Assembly: GCA_963733675.1 (NCBI GenBank)
Contig: CAVTET010000003.1
Location: 224,001 to 288,000, forward strand
Length of the DNA: 64,000 bases
Direction of reading: 5' to 3'
Source of the DNA: an uncultured Methanosarcinaceae archaeon
GTDB lineage: Archaea; Halobacteriota; Methanosarcinia; Methanosarcinales; Methanosarcinaceae
Made by a program: the position numbers and the translations under genes. Under the pieces are notes generated by a model. It saw only the letters and a list, made by a program, of their open reading frames with translations, had not been told where the DNA came from and ran no database searches. Below are positions 23,743 to 36,277 of the stretch, piece by piece; the stretch's first letter is position 1, and the number at the start of each line of letters is the position of its first letter.

Positions 23743-24390
23743 TCATGCGCTTTTTGGATCACGTTTGCTCTGAATATATGTGACAACACCTGGAAGTAGT
23801 GAAACAAAAATTATCCCAATTATTACAAAGCTGAAGTTATCTTTTACAACTGGCAAGTTCCCAAAAAGATATCCTCCAAAAAGGAATGCAGATACCCATG
23901 CTACTCCACCGATGACGTTATAGCTAATGAATTTTGAATAGGGCATTATTCCCACACCTGCTACAAAAGGTGCAAAAGTGCGGATAATAGGAATAAAGCG
24001 GGCTATGATTATCGTTTTAACACCATATTTTTCAAAGAATAAGTATGTACGATCAAGATGGTCCTGTTTAATAAACCGCATTTTTTCGTGACTTGCTACT
24101 CTATTTCTTAAAAAATGACCTATATGATAATTTACAGCGTCTCCTGTAATGGCTGCAAGACATAGAACAACTAATATAATAACTAAGTTGAGCGATCCGC
24201 TGGCAGCCAGAGCTCCAGTTGCAAAGATTAGAGAATCCCCCGGTAAGAAAGGAGTTATCACCAGACCTGTTTCACAAAAAACAATCACAAACAACAGAAA
24301 ATATATCAGCAGACCATATTCATTTGTAATTGCGCTTAAGTGCGTGTCAAGATGCATTAACAGGTCTATAAAAAAATTTAAATTTTTCAT
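23743..24390 (-). CDS. dedA: DedA family membrane protein
   Basis: ETGLVITPFLPGDSL, GDAVNY, ARFIPIIRTFAPFVAG. Confidence 0.92.
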   Translation of the reverse strand: MKNLNFFIDLLMHLDTHLSAITNEYGLLIYFLLFVIVFCETGLVITPFLPGDSLIFATGALAASGSLNLVIILVVLCLAAITGDAVNYHIGHFLRNRVASHEKMRFIKQDHLDRTYLFFEKYGVKTIIIARFIPIIRTFAPFVAGVGIMPYSKFISYNVIGGVAWVSAFLFGGYLFGNLPVVKDNFSFVIIGIIFVSLLPGVVTYIQSKRDPKSA

Positions 24391-25031
24391 ATGCACACTT
24401 TATGAAATATCTGTTACTTATAATATTGGCTGGAAAAAATTATTTCCAGCTTGATGTTTTTCGTTGTCTATTTTCATACGATTAATAACTACATCTATAA
24501 ACTAGTACTGCGATTCCAAAGTATGTTTACAAGCCTGGATTTAGAATAAGTCTACCGATCACTTCCCGTAACAGATAATGACAATAACATGGTTTGAGTT
24601 TTCAGTCAACGAGATGTCGTGAAGCTAAAACTTAATTTCTCGGAATGAGAAACAATCTTCGGGATGTCAACCACCGCGAGTAATCACTGACGATTTGCAG
24701 CAATATATATAATGGATTTAAGGGAATAAAAGAAAGTTTAGAAATTGGGTCCTGGACTTTCTCTTCAGGCTTCCCACATATTTCTCCTTAAAAGTATTAT
24801 TTTTCATAATTTTTACCATCGAACTTATTGTCTTTGTTTAATTTTATTTAAGTTTGTAATTTGAATTACCTTTTTTAGTCAACGTTTATTTTTTACTTCT
24901 GTACTAATGGTAAGCTCAGGTGGTGTATTACATTTCTTTTTAAAGCTTTCCAATAATGAAAAAATTATTTTTTCACTTTTACTGGATCCTATTAATTAAA
25001 AAAATTCTGTAACTATTCAGTGTAAGTTAGT

Positions 25032-25181
25032 GGTTGTGGTGCAAAAATAATATTTCCGCAGTTTGATACTATAATTCTTACCTTTATGTACCATTTTACA
25101 GGTGATAAAAATGATTAACTCTCTTAATTGTGAAGGTTTACACTGATTTTGCAACAAAGCAAGATTTTTTGCATCACAACC
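25032..25181. mobile_element. 150-bp IS6-like miniature inverted-repeat element (MITE)
   Basis: 16-bp IRs GGTTGTGGTGCAAAAA / TTTTTGCATCACAACC (1 mismatch) resembling the IS6 IR in this window; extra IR-like TTTTGCAACAAAGC inside. Confidence 0.6.
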
Positions 25182-25286
25182 TTTAATATTATTGCGTAAA
25201 TAAAAATTTTGTAGAACTTGCGTGATCGAGGTGGAAAATCAATAACATAAAACCTGTAACTGTATAAGATTTAAATTTAAATAATT

Positions 25287-26651
25287 ATGTTTATCGTATT
25301 TGATTTGTCCTCCAAGTGCGCAAGTCCTACATTTGTATTCGGTTAAGATACTATATACCAAAAATGTGTTATTTTCGTTGCCGTCTCTGTAAGCCTATAA
25401 ATGTAAATCGAGATCTCTTGGCTTGTGCAATATTGCATCTATTTTAGAATCTAAAGGCATAACCACAAAAATCATCGATATGGATTTGGAAAATATAAGC
25501 CTATCTGAACTAAGGCAAATAATTATTGACCTAGATCCCTATATAATTGGAATTACGTCTTTAACTTGTAACCATATTAACGCCATAAATATAGCTAGAA
25601 CGGTCAAATCAAGCAAGCAAGATGCTATGGTGATCTATGGTGGTGTGCATGCAACCTTTATGCATAAGGAGATATTGGAAACAGTTCCCGAGGTAGATAT
25701 CGTAGTTCGCTATGAAGGTGAATATACGATGTGTGATATCATCATGCCATAGAGGATTGAAGAACTTTAGGCTGTGTGGACGGAATAACCTATAGAGATG
25801 AGGACAAAATAATCACTAACCCCTTACGGCAAAGAATTGAAGATTTAGATGCACTACAGTTTCCTGCGCTTCATTTATTAGAGCCGTCAATTGAAAATTA
25901 CATAGGCAAAGGTGAGAAAAGGGGTCTTCCAATGATAACCACTTGAGGATGTCCTTTCGAATGTATATTCTACTCCACCACAGTTCTCCACGGCCGCAAA
26001 TACCGCACGAGAAGTGTTGAAAATGTTGTAGATGAGATCGAATATTTGCAGAAGAGATATAACTTAAATGTGATATCCTTTGTAGATGATAATTTCACAA
26101 TGCAAAATGATAGGATTTTTGATCTTTGTAATGAGATTAAGAAAAGGAACCTTGCGATAGAGTGGGGCTGTAGCACAAGGGTGGATCTATTATCTGAGGA
26201 TTTGCTAGAAGCAATGAAATCTGCTGGCTGTGGAAATATATTCTTTGGCATTGAATCAGCCTCTCAAGAAGTCCTAGATACGATTAGAAAAGGATTCAAT
26301 ATCGATAGAGCAAAGGAGGTAGTAAGATTAGCTGAAAGTTTAGGCATAAAGACTCATTGTTCATTCATCATCGGATTACCTAATGAGACAACAGAATCGC
26401 TGAATAAAATGGTGGAATTTATTCAAGAGATTAAGCCTTCTGCCAGAGTGTTGCCAAATATTTTGGAGATACTCCCAGGTACCGAGATTTGGGAGTTTAG
26501 AGATAAATATTTCGCAAAAACGACAGAAATTTCAGCTGCAGATATTACGAGAGTCCAACTGGAACTTTATTTTAAGTTTTATGAAATTAACGTTAAAACA
26601 AATGAATTACATAGGATACTACCACCAGAAATAGAAATAATCGGTGAATGA
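25287..26651 (+). pseudogene. Cobalamin-binding radical SAM protein (class B-like), multiply disrupted
   Basis: B12 domain GGVHAT..VDIVV.YEGE; frameshift near 25743; TGA at 25758 and 25944; motif TT*GCPFECIFYS (CxxxCxxC broken); DDNF, GIESA, FIIGLP. Confidence 0.85.
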
Positions 26652-26736
26652 AAGGAACGGTTAATATGCAAAGATTTAACGAGGTTAACTTTTGCCAACA
26701 TCTTGATAAATGCTTTTTTGTAAAACAGATATTTCT

Positions 26737-27316
26737 GGTTCCGTTGCAAAAATTTCAAAATAACCATGTAAATCTATAAGTAATGAATAAAAATCAAAAT
26801 ATTCGAGGAAAATGTACCAACATTATAAAACTATACCAAATAATTGATTAATATATTTGACTTCATTAAGAACAGAGTAATTTAGATTATTGACTTGTCT
26901 TTTTTGATCATATTCATAGCTTCAATTCCTTTTAAGGTCTTATCAGCAGATCGAAAAGACTGAAAACCTAGCATTGGAGCAATTATCCGCTTTATAGACC
27001 TGTGATCTTGTTCTATAATGTTATTCAAGTACCTCACTTGCCTAATTTCAACGTTTTTAGACAAGTTCTTCTCATTTTTCAGTTCATTCATAGCTATCGG
27101 ATATGCTGCATTTTTATCAACAGTTATTACTCTTGACATTTGATTATAATTAAAACTCAAAGCTTTCTTAAAGAATCTTTTGCTGCTTTTCTATCTCGTT
27201 TTGAACTTAACATGAAATCAATTGTGTTTCCATCTGAGTCAACTGCTCGGTAAAGATAGTTCCATTTACCTTTTACTTTGATATAGGTTTCATCAACTCT
27301 CCATGAATCATCTGTG
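26737..27316 (-). mobile_element. Truncated IS6 copy (3' two-thirds of transposase, one IR)
   Basis: IR GGTTCCGTTGCAAAAA at 26737; homology to 20019-20600; frameshifts. Confidence 0.9.
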
Positions 27317-27334
27317 GATCAGTACATTTTGTGC

Positions 27335-29851
27335 TCAAAATTTTGTTTTTTTGTAAAAAAATATTTTTATTGTTTCAGCCGCAAGAATGTATAACCCTAC
27401 TATGGCTCCAATTATTAAGACAACCGAAATTGGAAGAGGCTTGAACCCAAAAGGAGCTGCAAAAGAAGTAAATGGGATGCAAAGAGTCAGGCCTACTATC
27501 AAGAGAGTGGCTATAAGTAGGTATTTCCCAGGTTTGCTCCTAAAGAATGGTTTTCTGCTCCTGATTACCAGAACTATCATGGATGCTGAAATAACGGATT
27601 CCACAAACCAACCAGTCCTGAATTGCTCTGTCATACCTGGTAGGAGGAAGAGCAGAACACCGAAGGTCAAATAGTCAAATACAGAACTTGTAATGCCAAA
27701 TACCATCATAAACTTGCGGATGAAACCTATATCCCAGCGGTGTGGCTCTTCAACTAATTCCCTATCCACAGAATCCGTGGCTATGGTCATCTTCGGAAAA
27801 TCAGTTAACAAATTGGTTAGGAGAATCTGCGTGGGCAACAGAGGAAGAAAAGGCAAGAAGAGGGATGCTCCTGCCATGCTGAACATGTTCCCAAAATTGG
27901 CACTGGTAGCCATGAAGACATACTTCAGGGTGTTGGCAAAGGTTTTTCGTCCTCCCTTTACCCCCGCAACAAGCGCATCCAGGTTTTTTTCTAGCAGCAC
28001 AATATCTGCAGCTTCTTTTGCAACGTCTGCAGCACTATCAACAGAGATTCCTATATCTGCTGCATGAAGAGCAGATGCATCATTGATGCCGTCTCCTATA
28101 AATCCAACGATGTTTCCGCTTTTCTTGAGAGCAAGAATAATATGCTCTTTCTGATTAGGCTCTACCTCGGCAAAGATATCAGTATCTTTTGCCTGCTTTA
28201 TCAAGGCCTCACTACTCATCTTATAAAGTTCGCTTCCGGTTATAATTAAGCCTGATCTCCCTGATGATGCTGGCAGCTACATATTTATTGTCTCCGGTGA
28301 TCACTTTCAGAGAAATTCCAAGTTTTTCCATGTTTTCTATCGTATTCACAATCCCCTGCTTAGGGGGATCAGAAAAGAAAAGAAATCCTAGAAAAGTCAT
28401 ATCGATTTCGTTTTCCTTTCCTATAATCCTCTGCTGTCCCATTTCCCTGTACGCAATCCCAAGAGTACGAAATCCTTTTTCACTGAAATTTTCAAACTGC
28501 TGCTCGATTTTTTTTTTCAGATCGGAAATTTCTACAGGTTTTTCAGGTTCAACCTCTGCGAAGGAGCGAATTTCAAGAATATTCTTGAGAGCACCTTTAG
28601 TAATCACAAGGTTCATACCGTTTTTTGAGACAAGGATACTCAATCTTTTGCGCAGGAAATCATAAGGGATTTCATCCAGCTTCTCATACTGGGATAGATC
28701 AAATTTATTCTGTTCAAGAATTGCTCTATCGATTGGGTTTTCAAAGCTTTTCTGGTAAGAGGCATTAAGGCTGGCATAAAGGAGGACTTTTTCATTCTGA
28801 TTTCCTTTGAGATCCTGAGAAGAGTGAAGTTGCAGCTCTCCTTCGGTCAGAGTGCCGGTCTTGTCGGAGCATAGCAAGTTCATGCTTCCAAGGTTTTCAA
28901 TAGAAGCCAGCCTCTTGACAATAACTTTCTTTTGCGCCATCTCTCTTGCTCCGTGGGAAAGATTAACGCTGATGCTTGCTGGAAGGAGTTGAGGAGTCAG
29001 CCCAACTGCAAGAGCCAGCGAGAAGAGAAAAGATTCAAGAATGAACGTTTGAGATATACATTGATAACAAATACGATTAATACCATCAGTATCGTAACTT
29101 CCATCAGGAAATGTCCAAAATTTGAAATTCCTTTTTCAAATTCTGTTTCCGGGGGCCTGAGTTTTAATCTCTCTGATATTTTCCCAAATTCAGTTCCCTT
29201 TCCTGTGAAAACTGCCAGCACTTTTCCGCTACCACTGACCACACTAGTTCCCATCCATAGAGAATTTGTGCGCTTCGCGAGAGGGGTTTCTGCGTTCAGC
29301 ACACAGGCTACTTTTTCTACTGGATAGGTCTCTCCTGTGAGAGTTGCTTCACTAACAAACAGATCTTTTGATTCCAGAATTAGACAGTCTGCAGGTATAA
29401 TATCTCCGGCGTTAAGGATTATTATATCTCCAGGCACAATCTCTTTAACAGGAATTTCTTTCTCTTCACCGTTTCTGAGCACTGCAGCCTTTATCTCCAC
29501 CGCAGCCAGCAATTTTTCAAAAGCGTCAGCAGCTCCTTTTTCTTGCCAGAACCCTAGCATACTGCTGATCAGGATAATAATTACTATAATTACAGTATCT
29601 GTGACATCACCGAGAAAAAAAGAAAGCCCAGATGCAAAAAGGAGGATAAGAATAATTGGACTCCTGAATTGGGAAAGCAGGAGTGTGATAGTGTCTGTTC
29701 GTTTTTTTGGTTTAAGAAAATTAGCTCCATACCTATTAAGACGTTCACCGACTTCTGAACTTTTCAGCCCGTCAGTTGTTGTTTGGAGTTTTTTCAACAT
29801 ATCGAATGTAGAAACACTCCAAAATTCGAGCTTTTTCTCATTATTGATCAA
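27335..29851 (-). pseudogene. mgtA: Magnesium-translocating P-type ATPase split into three ORFs
   Basis: LTGETYPVEK, CSDKTGTLT, ITGDN, GDGINDA, KYVFMATSANFGNMFS, FRTGWFVES. Confidence 0.88.
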
Positions 29852-30447
29852 TAAGCTGTCTCCTTATCTATGCTCAGTTACTTGTGTATATTTATCAGAT
29901 ATCCGTAACTTTCAGAATTTCACAAGTTAATTATCCTTCGTTCTAAATTTCATACTTTTTGTAATTTAAAGGTAAGCACGTATAACATAAAAGCGCATCA
30001 TTATGTAATTGTTGAAATACTAGACTATCATGCTTATGGTGCTGTTGATAAGCTTGAATAACTCGTCTTTTCGATCACTACGTAACAGAAAACGAATGGG
30101 ATATTGTATTTGTGTGAAAGCTATGCATTTTCTTAGTTTTGGCCGAAGTTATAGACATTTTTACCTGAATTTGAGGAAAATACACAGCTTTTACTAAAAT
30201 CCATACAATAACTCAAAAACCAAAAAATTCCTATTTTGTCTCTCGAAAAGCAAGAGATCCATAAGAATTAAGTGTAAAATCTAGGAAATAGCAATGTTTT
30301 CATCTTAAGAACGTAGCTATCATTTCGTGCGAACATTAAAGATCCAAACTATAAAATAGATAAATTTTAAAAACTAAATCCTTAAGAGTAAAAGATATTT
30401 TTCTATGATTAGTAACGTTTATTTTAGTTCAAAGTCAATAATTGCCC

Positions 30448-31836
30448 ATGGATATTCCAGAGAAAAAAGACTTCCGAGGAGCAAACCTTGAAGGGGCTAA
30501 ACTTCAAGGAACTATCCTTGAAAAAGCTAACTTTCAAGAAGCTAACCTTAAAGAATCTAACTTTTATGGAGCTGATCTCACTGAGGCTAACCTTGAAAAA
30601 GCTAACCTAATGGGAGCTAAACTTCAAAAGGCTAACCTTTATAAAGCTAACCTTCAAGGAGCTAATCTCTATGGAGCCGACCTTGAAAAAGCTAACCTTC
30701 AAGAAGCTAAACTTGAAGGGGCTAATCTTCACAATGCTAATCTTAGAGAAGCTAACCTACAAAGAGCTAACCTTATAGAGGCTAACCTTGAAGGAGCTAA
30801 CCTTGAAAGAGCTAAACTTCAAGGAACTACCCTTGAAAAAGCTAACTTTCAAGGAGCTAATCTTAAAGAATCTAACTTTTATGGAGCTGATCTTACAGAG
30901 GTCAACTTTGAAAAAGTTAGCCTTATTGGAACTAAACTTCAAATGACTAACCTTTATAGAGCTAATCTTCGAGGAGCTAACCTTCAAGGAGCTAATCTCT
31001 ATGGAGCTGACCTTGAAAAAACTAACCTTCAGGAAGCTAATCTTCAAGGAGCTGATCTTATTGAGACTAATCTTGAAAATGCTATCCTTATAAGGGCTAA
31101 CCTTCAAGAAGCTAGCCTCAAAGGAGCTGACATTGGCAAAGCTAATCTTGAAGGGGCTAATCTTAAAGAAACTGTTCTCCAAAGAGTTGACCTTGAAAAG
31201 GCTAACCTTCAAGGAGCTAACCTTCAAGGAGCTAATCTTCAAGAAGCCAATCTTATAGAAGCTGACCTTCAAGGAGCTAATCTTAATATGGTTAAATTTG
31301 AAGGGGCTAATCTTAGAGAAGCTAACCTTCAAGGAGCTGATCTTAATATGGCTAGATTTGAAGGAGCTAAACTTAAAGAAGCTAACCTTAGAGGGGCTAA
31401 TCTTAGAAAAGCTAATCTTGAAGGAGCGAACTTTAAAAAGGCTTATCTTGAAGGAGCTAACCTTGAAGGAGCTAATCTTATAAAGGCTAACCTCAAATGG
31501 GCTAAACTTAAAGGGGCTAATCTTCAAGGAGCTAACCTCATAAAGGCTAACCTTCAAGTGTCTAATCTTCAAGGAGCTAACCTTGAAGGAGCTAACCTTG
31601 AAGGAGCTAACCTTGAAGGAGCTAACCTTGAAGGAGCTAACCTTGAAGGAGCTAAACTCAAGGGAGCTAAACTTAAAGAGGCTAAATTCAAGGGAGCTAA
31701 TCTTAAATGGGCTAAGAATCTTTCAATTGATCAGTTTTCTAAAGTGAAAACACTTTATCATATTAAATTAGACAACGAGATTCTTAAAACCTTAAAAAAG
31801 AAGTTTCCTATCCTTTTTGAAAAACCCTCTGAATAG
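30448..31836 (+). CDS. Long pentapeptide repeat protein (about 85 repeats)
   Basis: Continuous ANLxx repeats; cap [14 protein letters not shown]. Confidence 0.9.
   Translation: MDIPEKKDFRGANLEGAKLQGTILEKANFQEANLKESNFYGADLTEANLEKANLMGAKLQKANLYKANLQGANLYGADLEKANLQEAKLEGANLHNANLREANLQRANLIEANLEGANLERAKLQGTTLEKANFQGANLKESNFYGADLTEVNFEKVSLIGTKLQMTNLYRANLRGANLQGANLYGADLEKTNLQEANLQGADLIETNLENAILIRANLQEASLKGADIGKANLEGANLKETVLQRVDLEKANLQGANLQGANLQEANLIEADLQGANLNMVKFEGANLREANLQGADLNMARFEGAKLKEANLRGANLRKANLEGANFKKAYLEGANLEGANLIKANLKWAKLKGANLQGANLIKANLQVSNLQGANLEGANLEGANLEGANLEGANLEGAKLKGAKLKEAKFKGANLKWAKNLSIDQFSKVKTLYHIKLDNEILKTLKKKFPILFEKPSE
31576..31650 (+). repeat. Perfect 15-bp tandem repeat x5 (GCTAACCTTGAAGGA) inside the pentapeptide gene
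   Basis: Read directly from sequence. Confidence 0.95.
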
Positions 31837-32179
31837 AAAATTTTCTCAAATATTACCTAAAGCTCTTTTGAAATGCTCATAATGTAATTGGTCTAACTAT
31901 GTCCTAAGTGTTCGACAGAGAGTTTGAGAATCAATCAATAATTTACTATGATAGTGTGTAAAGCACGATTAGGAAACTAATCATCACATAAACCACCCAA
32001 TTCAGTTATGCGCAAATTGTGTTACAATAGGAATGAATTTCAGGGCGTTCAGAGTATATCTGCTATTTTCCATAAATTAGAACGACCACGAGTAGGATCT
32101 AGATAATTGAACAATTAAAACAAATATTCTTAGTAGAAAAATTACTCTTAAAATATTCACTCATGTAATAATATTCTTA

Positions 32180-32520
32180 TGATAAAAAAATAGGAGGAAA
32201 GCTTGGAAGGGTTGTGTCTACTGTCTGCCCAGATACAATCACTTTGAATATATACAATCGCGAGTATATTTAATTCAAAATAAGACCAACTTCTTCCAAG
32301 CAAGTGTACTTTCGGTTCAAATCTACTTTACCGGTTATTTATCACTTTTTTGTCTGTTCGTGCTGTCGTACAATCCATGAGGTACAACAATAATACTTAA
32401 TTAGTTCCGTATTCATTTTATAATTATATGAAAAATAGTTTCTAAACAAAAAATAATCACGCATAAAATTTTTCGCAATCAAAAAACAAATAAATATTAA
32501 TAATTATTTTTTACTATTTA
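32180..32520 (+). repeat. About 340-bp non-coding segment with an inverted homolog at 44560-44900
   Basis: ATATTTAATTCAAAATAAGA.CAAC and CGCATAAAATTTTTCGCA.TCAAAAAACAAATAAATATTAAT match the rc of 44583-44820. Confidence 0.75.
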
Positions 32521-33207
32521 TGAGAATTTCCTTGTGCAAATCCATGCACGTTGACTACAAAATACAATTGATATCCATAAAATTATTCGATAGATGAAGA
32601 TTTTTTATTATCTATGCAGTTATTATTATCTTTTTTCATTTACTAGAGATGTAATATGCAAAAACTTGTATATTCCTATATCACTCTAGAATAAACGAGT
32701 TATCATAAACATAGTCAAATATTCTGAAATTTCACCTCATCCTAAGCATTCATGATCTGCTACATCCTTTGGATGGAGACACCTTACAGGTAAGTTTCAT
32801 CTATAGCAGTTGAGATGGCTTTTTCAACTCTTGGATACTTCTCAAAAATATACGTTTTAAAGAGGAACTCAAGGAATCAAAACTTTAATAATCCGACCTA
32901 TCCATATTTGGTTCGATGATTTAGGATTTGTAGCCGTTTCTACTAATTTATATGGAATTGATTCTCATATAGCTTTTACCGCTAGATTGAAGAAGGACTT
33001 CCTCTTCCATTAAATGGTTTCAAAAAAAGTAATTAGATGGTAACTCCATCTTCCTGATCGGAAAGATAATATTTTATGAGTGAAAAAATATTATCTGTTG
33101 GCTCTATAAATTTTTTGTGATGAAAAAAAGAATACAGAGTCAATCAGATTTTTACAGAACTTTCGGTACACCATCCCAAGTTCTTTGCTGTACCACACAT
33201 AGTAATC

Positions 33208-33894
33208 CTAATTGTTAAGTTTACTTGCTTTTTCATATGTTTTTATGGATTCATCGTACCTGCCTAAATTCGCTAGAGCTGCGCCTCTGCTGTTCCAAGC
33301 ATCTGGATTTTTGGGATCAATTTCAACTGCTTTGTCATATGCTTTTAATGCTTCATCGTATTTACCTTGTTGAGAAAAAGCATCTCCTTTAGTGTTCCAA
33401 GCTTTTGAATCTTGAGGGTTAATTTCAATTGCTTTGTCATATGCTTTTATTGCCTCGTCTGACTTACCTAATCTGGATAGAGCATTTCCTTTATTGTACC
33501 AAGCATTTCCGTCCTGCGGGTTAGTTTCAATTGCTTTGTCATACGCTTTTATTGATTCATCGGATTTCTTGAAATTATCTAGTTTCTGCGAGTTCATTTT
33601 AAATGCATTTACATATGCATTTACTGCTTGATCGGTTTTATTTAAAGCTTTATCGGGTTCATTTAAATTATCTATATGTGACTCCTGGGCCATTGTTTTA
33701 CCATAGGCATTTATTGCTTCATCGATTTTATTTAAATCAGTTTGAACGTTTCCTTTATTATTCCGAATCATTGGATCTTGCGTTGCGCCTGCGATACTCA
33801 CTAGGATTAAAAAAGCCAGTACAGTGATTCCTAAAGCTGTTATGATGATACGCCTTCGACTAGCTGTATCAGATGTCACTTTTTTCAATTTCAA
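33208..33894 (-). CDS. Tetratricopeptide repeat protein with N-terminal signal/anchor
   Basis: AWYNKG.AL..LGK.DEAIKAYDKAIEINPQD repeats; hydrophobic N-terminus ending LVSIAGA. Confidence 0.88.
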   Translation of the reverse strand: MKLKKVTSDTASRRRIIITALGITVLAFLILVSIAGATQDPMIRNNKGNVQTDLNKIDEAINAYGKTMAQESHIDNLNEPDKALNKTDQAVNAYVNAFKMNSQKLDNFKKSDESIKAYDKAIETNPQDGNAWYNKGNALSRLGKSDEAIKAYDKAIEINPQDSKAWNTKGDAFSQQGKYDEALKAYDKAVEIDPKNPDAWNSRGAALANLGRYDESIKTYEKASKLNN

Positions 33895-34799
33895 TCTCCT
33901 GATATTTTTTATGGATTAATAATGAAAATAACCAAACAAATTAACATTGTTAATATATCTTGCTATGAATTAAACGTTTCTACTTAAAAATTATATTTTT
34001 TATTATATTAATATAACTTCGATATTCTTTTTCTTTGTAGAACTCATCAAAACATTTAAAACCCAAGAAGTAAAATAACATTTTGAATTCAAGGTAGAAA
34101 TTAAGGAAAATGATTTTAGTCTGAGTTCAAATACAAGCCAAAAAAATTTACATTGTAAGGTTGAACATAACTATCAAAAAACAATGATGAGTCGATTTTA
34201 ACAATATTCAGAAAATATTATAAAATTTGATAGGTTCTCAATTCCTTCTTTCGTAACAAAAACAGAATTCATAATCAAATGTTATGCTGACAAAGTTTTT
34301 GTATTTCCAGTTTTCACTTAAGCATAGTTTTTGTGTCAAAATCTATGAAATTCCTCAGTTCCATCCAAAATAAGAAAAGATTGCTCATCTATGACTCATG
34401 GAGCTTATGGAACTCATAGCTCATATGGAGCATATGGATCTCATATAACACTTAAAACTAATTAAACTAAGCAACAGTTATAATAGAAAATTTTAGGAAA
34501 AAAAATAATTGTGTAGTACTTCTAAACAAAAATAAAGGCATTAATAAATTGAATCATAAAGTTAATTTTTTGGCATCATAATCTCATTTATCAAATATTT
34601 CTATTTGCTTGCTTCAGTAGAAAAAATTTCTTAATATGTTTTATAATACTATTTACATTTTTATATCTGGATATCAGTGGAATATCGACCTTTCATCCCC
34701 AAAAATTTCTTGCATGGCGTGGGATAAGGACTAATTACAGAGAACACTATTTAGCCAAATTATCAATATATAGAATATATCTAAAAAAATAAATCAGGT

Positions 34800-34950
34800 C
34801 ATATTCAGCGACTTTAGTATGATTCATAAATGCACTATAACAAAGATCCCGAAATAAACTGTTTTAGTGTAATTATGTGTCTGAAAGCAAAAAATTGTCG
34901 TGGAGCTATCTAACATATAATTTACCAAGCTGCAGGTATCCCTACCGTTT
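34800..34950 (-). repeat. Dispersed non-coding element, copy E (partial)
   Basis: CATAAATGCACT..CCGAAATAAA.TGTTTTAGTGTA.TTATG..TCTGAAAG shared with 17659-17775. Confidence 0.7.
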
Positions 34951-35196
34951 TAATATAGTTATGTTTCTGGCAGTGAAAAACTGCTATGTAGCTCTCCGGC
35001 AGATAACGAGTGCAGTTGAGCAAAGTGTGTTTTAAGATGAAACATCAGCTGGCTAATCGCAAACGATCCAAAATTCTAATTTAATTAATAAAATTTGTAA
35101 AAATTGGTTTTTAGTCAAGGCAAATTTTGAAAAAACGCTTTTGTACATAAAATGCTTTGGAGTACACAGATTTGAGATATTAATTACTTAACCAAA

Positions 35197-35281
35197 TGCG
35201 GGGGGTGGGATTCGAACCCACGAATTCCTTCGAAGCCAGATCTTAAGTCTGGCGCCTTTGACCTAGCTGGGCAACCCTCGC
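35197..35281 (-). tRNA. tRNA-Leu(TAA)
   Basis: rc: GCGAGGGTTGCCCAGCTAGGTCAAAGGCGCCAGACTTAAGATCTGG...GTGGGTTCGAATCCCACCCCCCGCA; long variable arm; anticodon TAA; A4:C69 acceptor mismatch. Confidence 0.92.
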
Positions 35282-35521
35282 AAATTGAAGAGTATATTTT
35301 GATTTTTGCCTGCCCTGAAATCTCCTAACTTTTTTTCATTATGTTTGAAATTATCTCAACATATTATTTAATCCAATATGTTGTTTCTTAAATCTGGTTC
35401 CTTTGACCAGATCAACCAACCCTCACACTTCATAACAAGCATATCGCTTTTAATGCAAATGACTCATTATATAGACATGTTTTAAATAAAGTTAAATTAT
35501 TTAAAGCTTATTCTTTACCTT

Positions 35522-36277
35522 ATGGAAATTATATTTCTTGGAACTGGAGTGGCGATCCCAGAACGTGGTCGAGTACAGTCCGGAGTGCTAGTGAGGCTTG
35601 AGGAAAAACCACTGCTAATTGATTGCGGAAGTGGTGTATTAAGCAGATTTTCTGAAGCTGAAATTTTACACACTAAGGTAGATACTGTACTGCTCTCACA
35701 CCTTCATCTAGATCATGTAGCTGACTTGCTGTGCCTTCTGAAGGCAAATTGGCTATGTGGAAAGACCGATATGAGAATATATGGGCCTGAAAGAACAAAA
35801 GAATGGTTTTCAAGGGTACTTGGAGCTTATGATTATATTCTGGATAAAGTAGATGTAGAAGTTATTGAACTCTTTCCTGGAAAAGACTTTACTCCCGAAG
35901 GCTTCGACTGTGAGGTCAGTTGTACATCAACAAGGCACAGCATTCCGAATCTGGCTTACCGTGTAGCTGCAGAAGATGGAGAATTTGTGTACTCTGGAGA
36001 CACTGAGCCATGCAGAAATGTAATGGACCTTGCAGCTGAAGCCGATCTCCTGATTCATGAATGCTCATTCCCTTCAGGCATGGAAGTCACAAACCATACG
36101 ACTCCTATTACACTTGCAGAAATTCTAGAAGAATTTGAAAGTGAGATCGGAAGCATTTGCCTTACCCATTTCTATCCAAACATGCGAGGGCATGAAAAAG
36201 AGGCAACATACCGCCTTAAAGGGTATTTCGAAGGAGAAGTGATTTTTGCTGAAGATCTTATGAAACTCGAAATGTGA
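35522..36277 (+). CDS. MBL-fold metallo-hydrolase (RNase Z/AtsA-like)
   Basis: FLGTG, LIDCG, SHLHLDH, YSGDT, LIHECS, LTHFYP. Confidence 0.88.
   Translation: MEIIFLGTGVAIPERGRVQSGVLVRLEEKPLLIDCGSGVLSRFSEAEILHTKVDTVLLSHLHLDHVADLLCLLKANWLCGKTDMRIYGPERTKEWFSRVLGAYDYILDKVDVEVIELFPGKDFTPEGFDCEVSCTSTRHSIPNLAYRVAAEDGEFVYSGDTEPCRNVMDLAAEADLLIHECSFPSGMEVTNHTTPITLAEILEEFESEIGSICLTHFYPNMRGHEKEATYRLKGYFEGEVIFAEDLMKLEM

Noticed and set aside
24663-24700. GTCAACCACC motif reminiscent of IscB/omega-RNA element ends
   Set aside because: Too degenerate; no iscB or tnpB remnant recognised
25758-25946. In-frame TGA codons as selenocysteine
   Set aside because: They fall at Gly/Arg-type positions, the gene is also frameshifted, and a cluster Cys is mutated to Tyr
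29337-29930. 197-aa plus-strand ORF and other short ORFs overlapping called genes
   Set aside because: Antisense or alternate-frame shadows of mgtA and other genes, with no recognisable motifs
30757-31572. 271-aa antisense ORF (KVSS/KISS repeats); also 61799-62197
   Set aside because: Shadow of the 15-nt periodic pentapeptide coding strand
31576-31650. Repeat array resembling CRISPR
   Set aside because: Contiguous 15-mers without spacers, inside a CDS; no cas genes in the window
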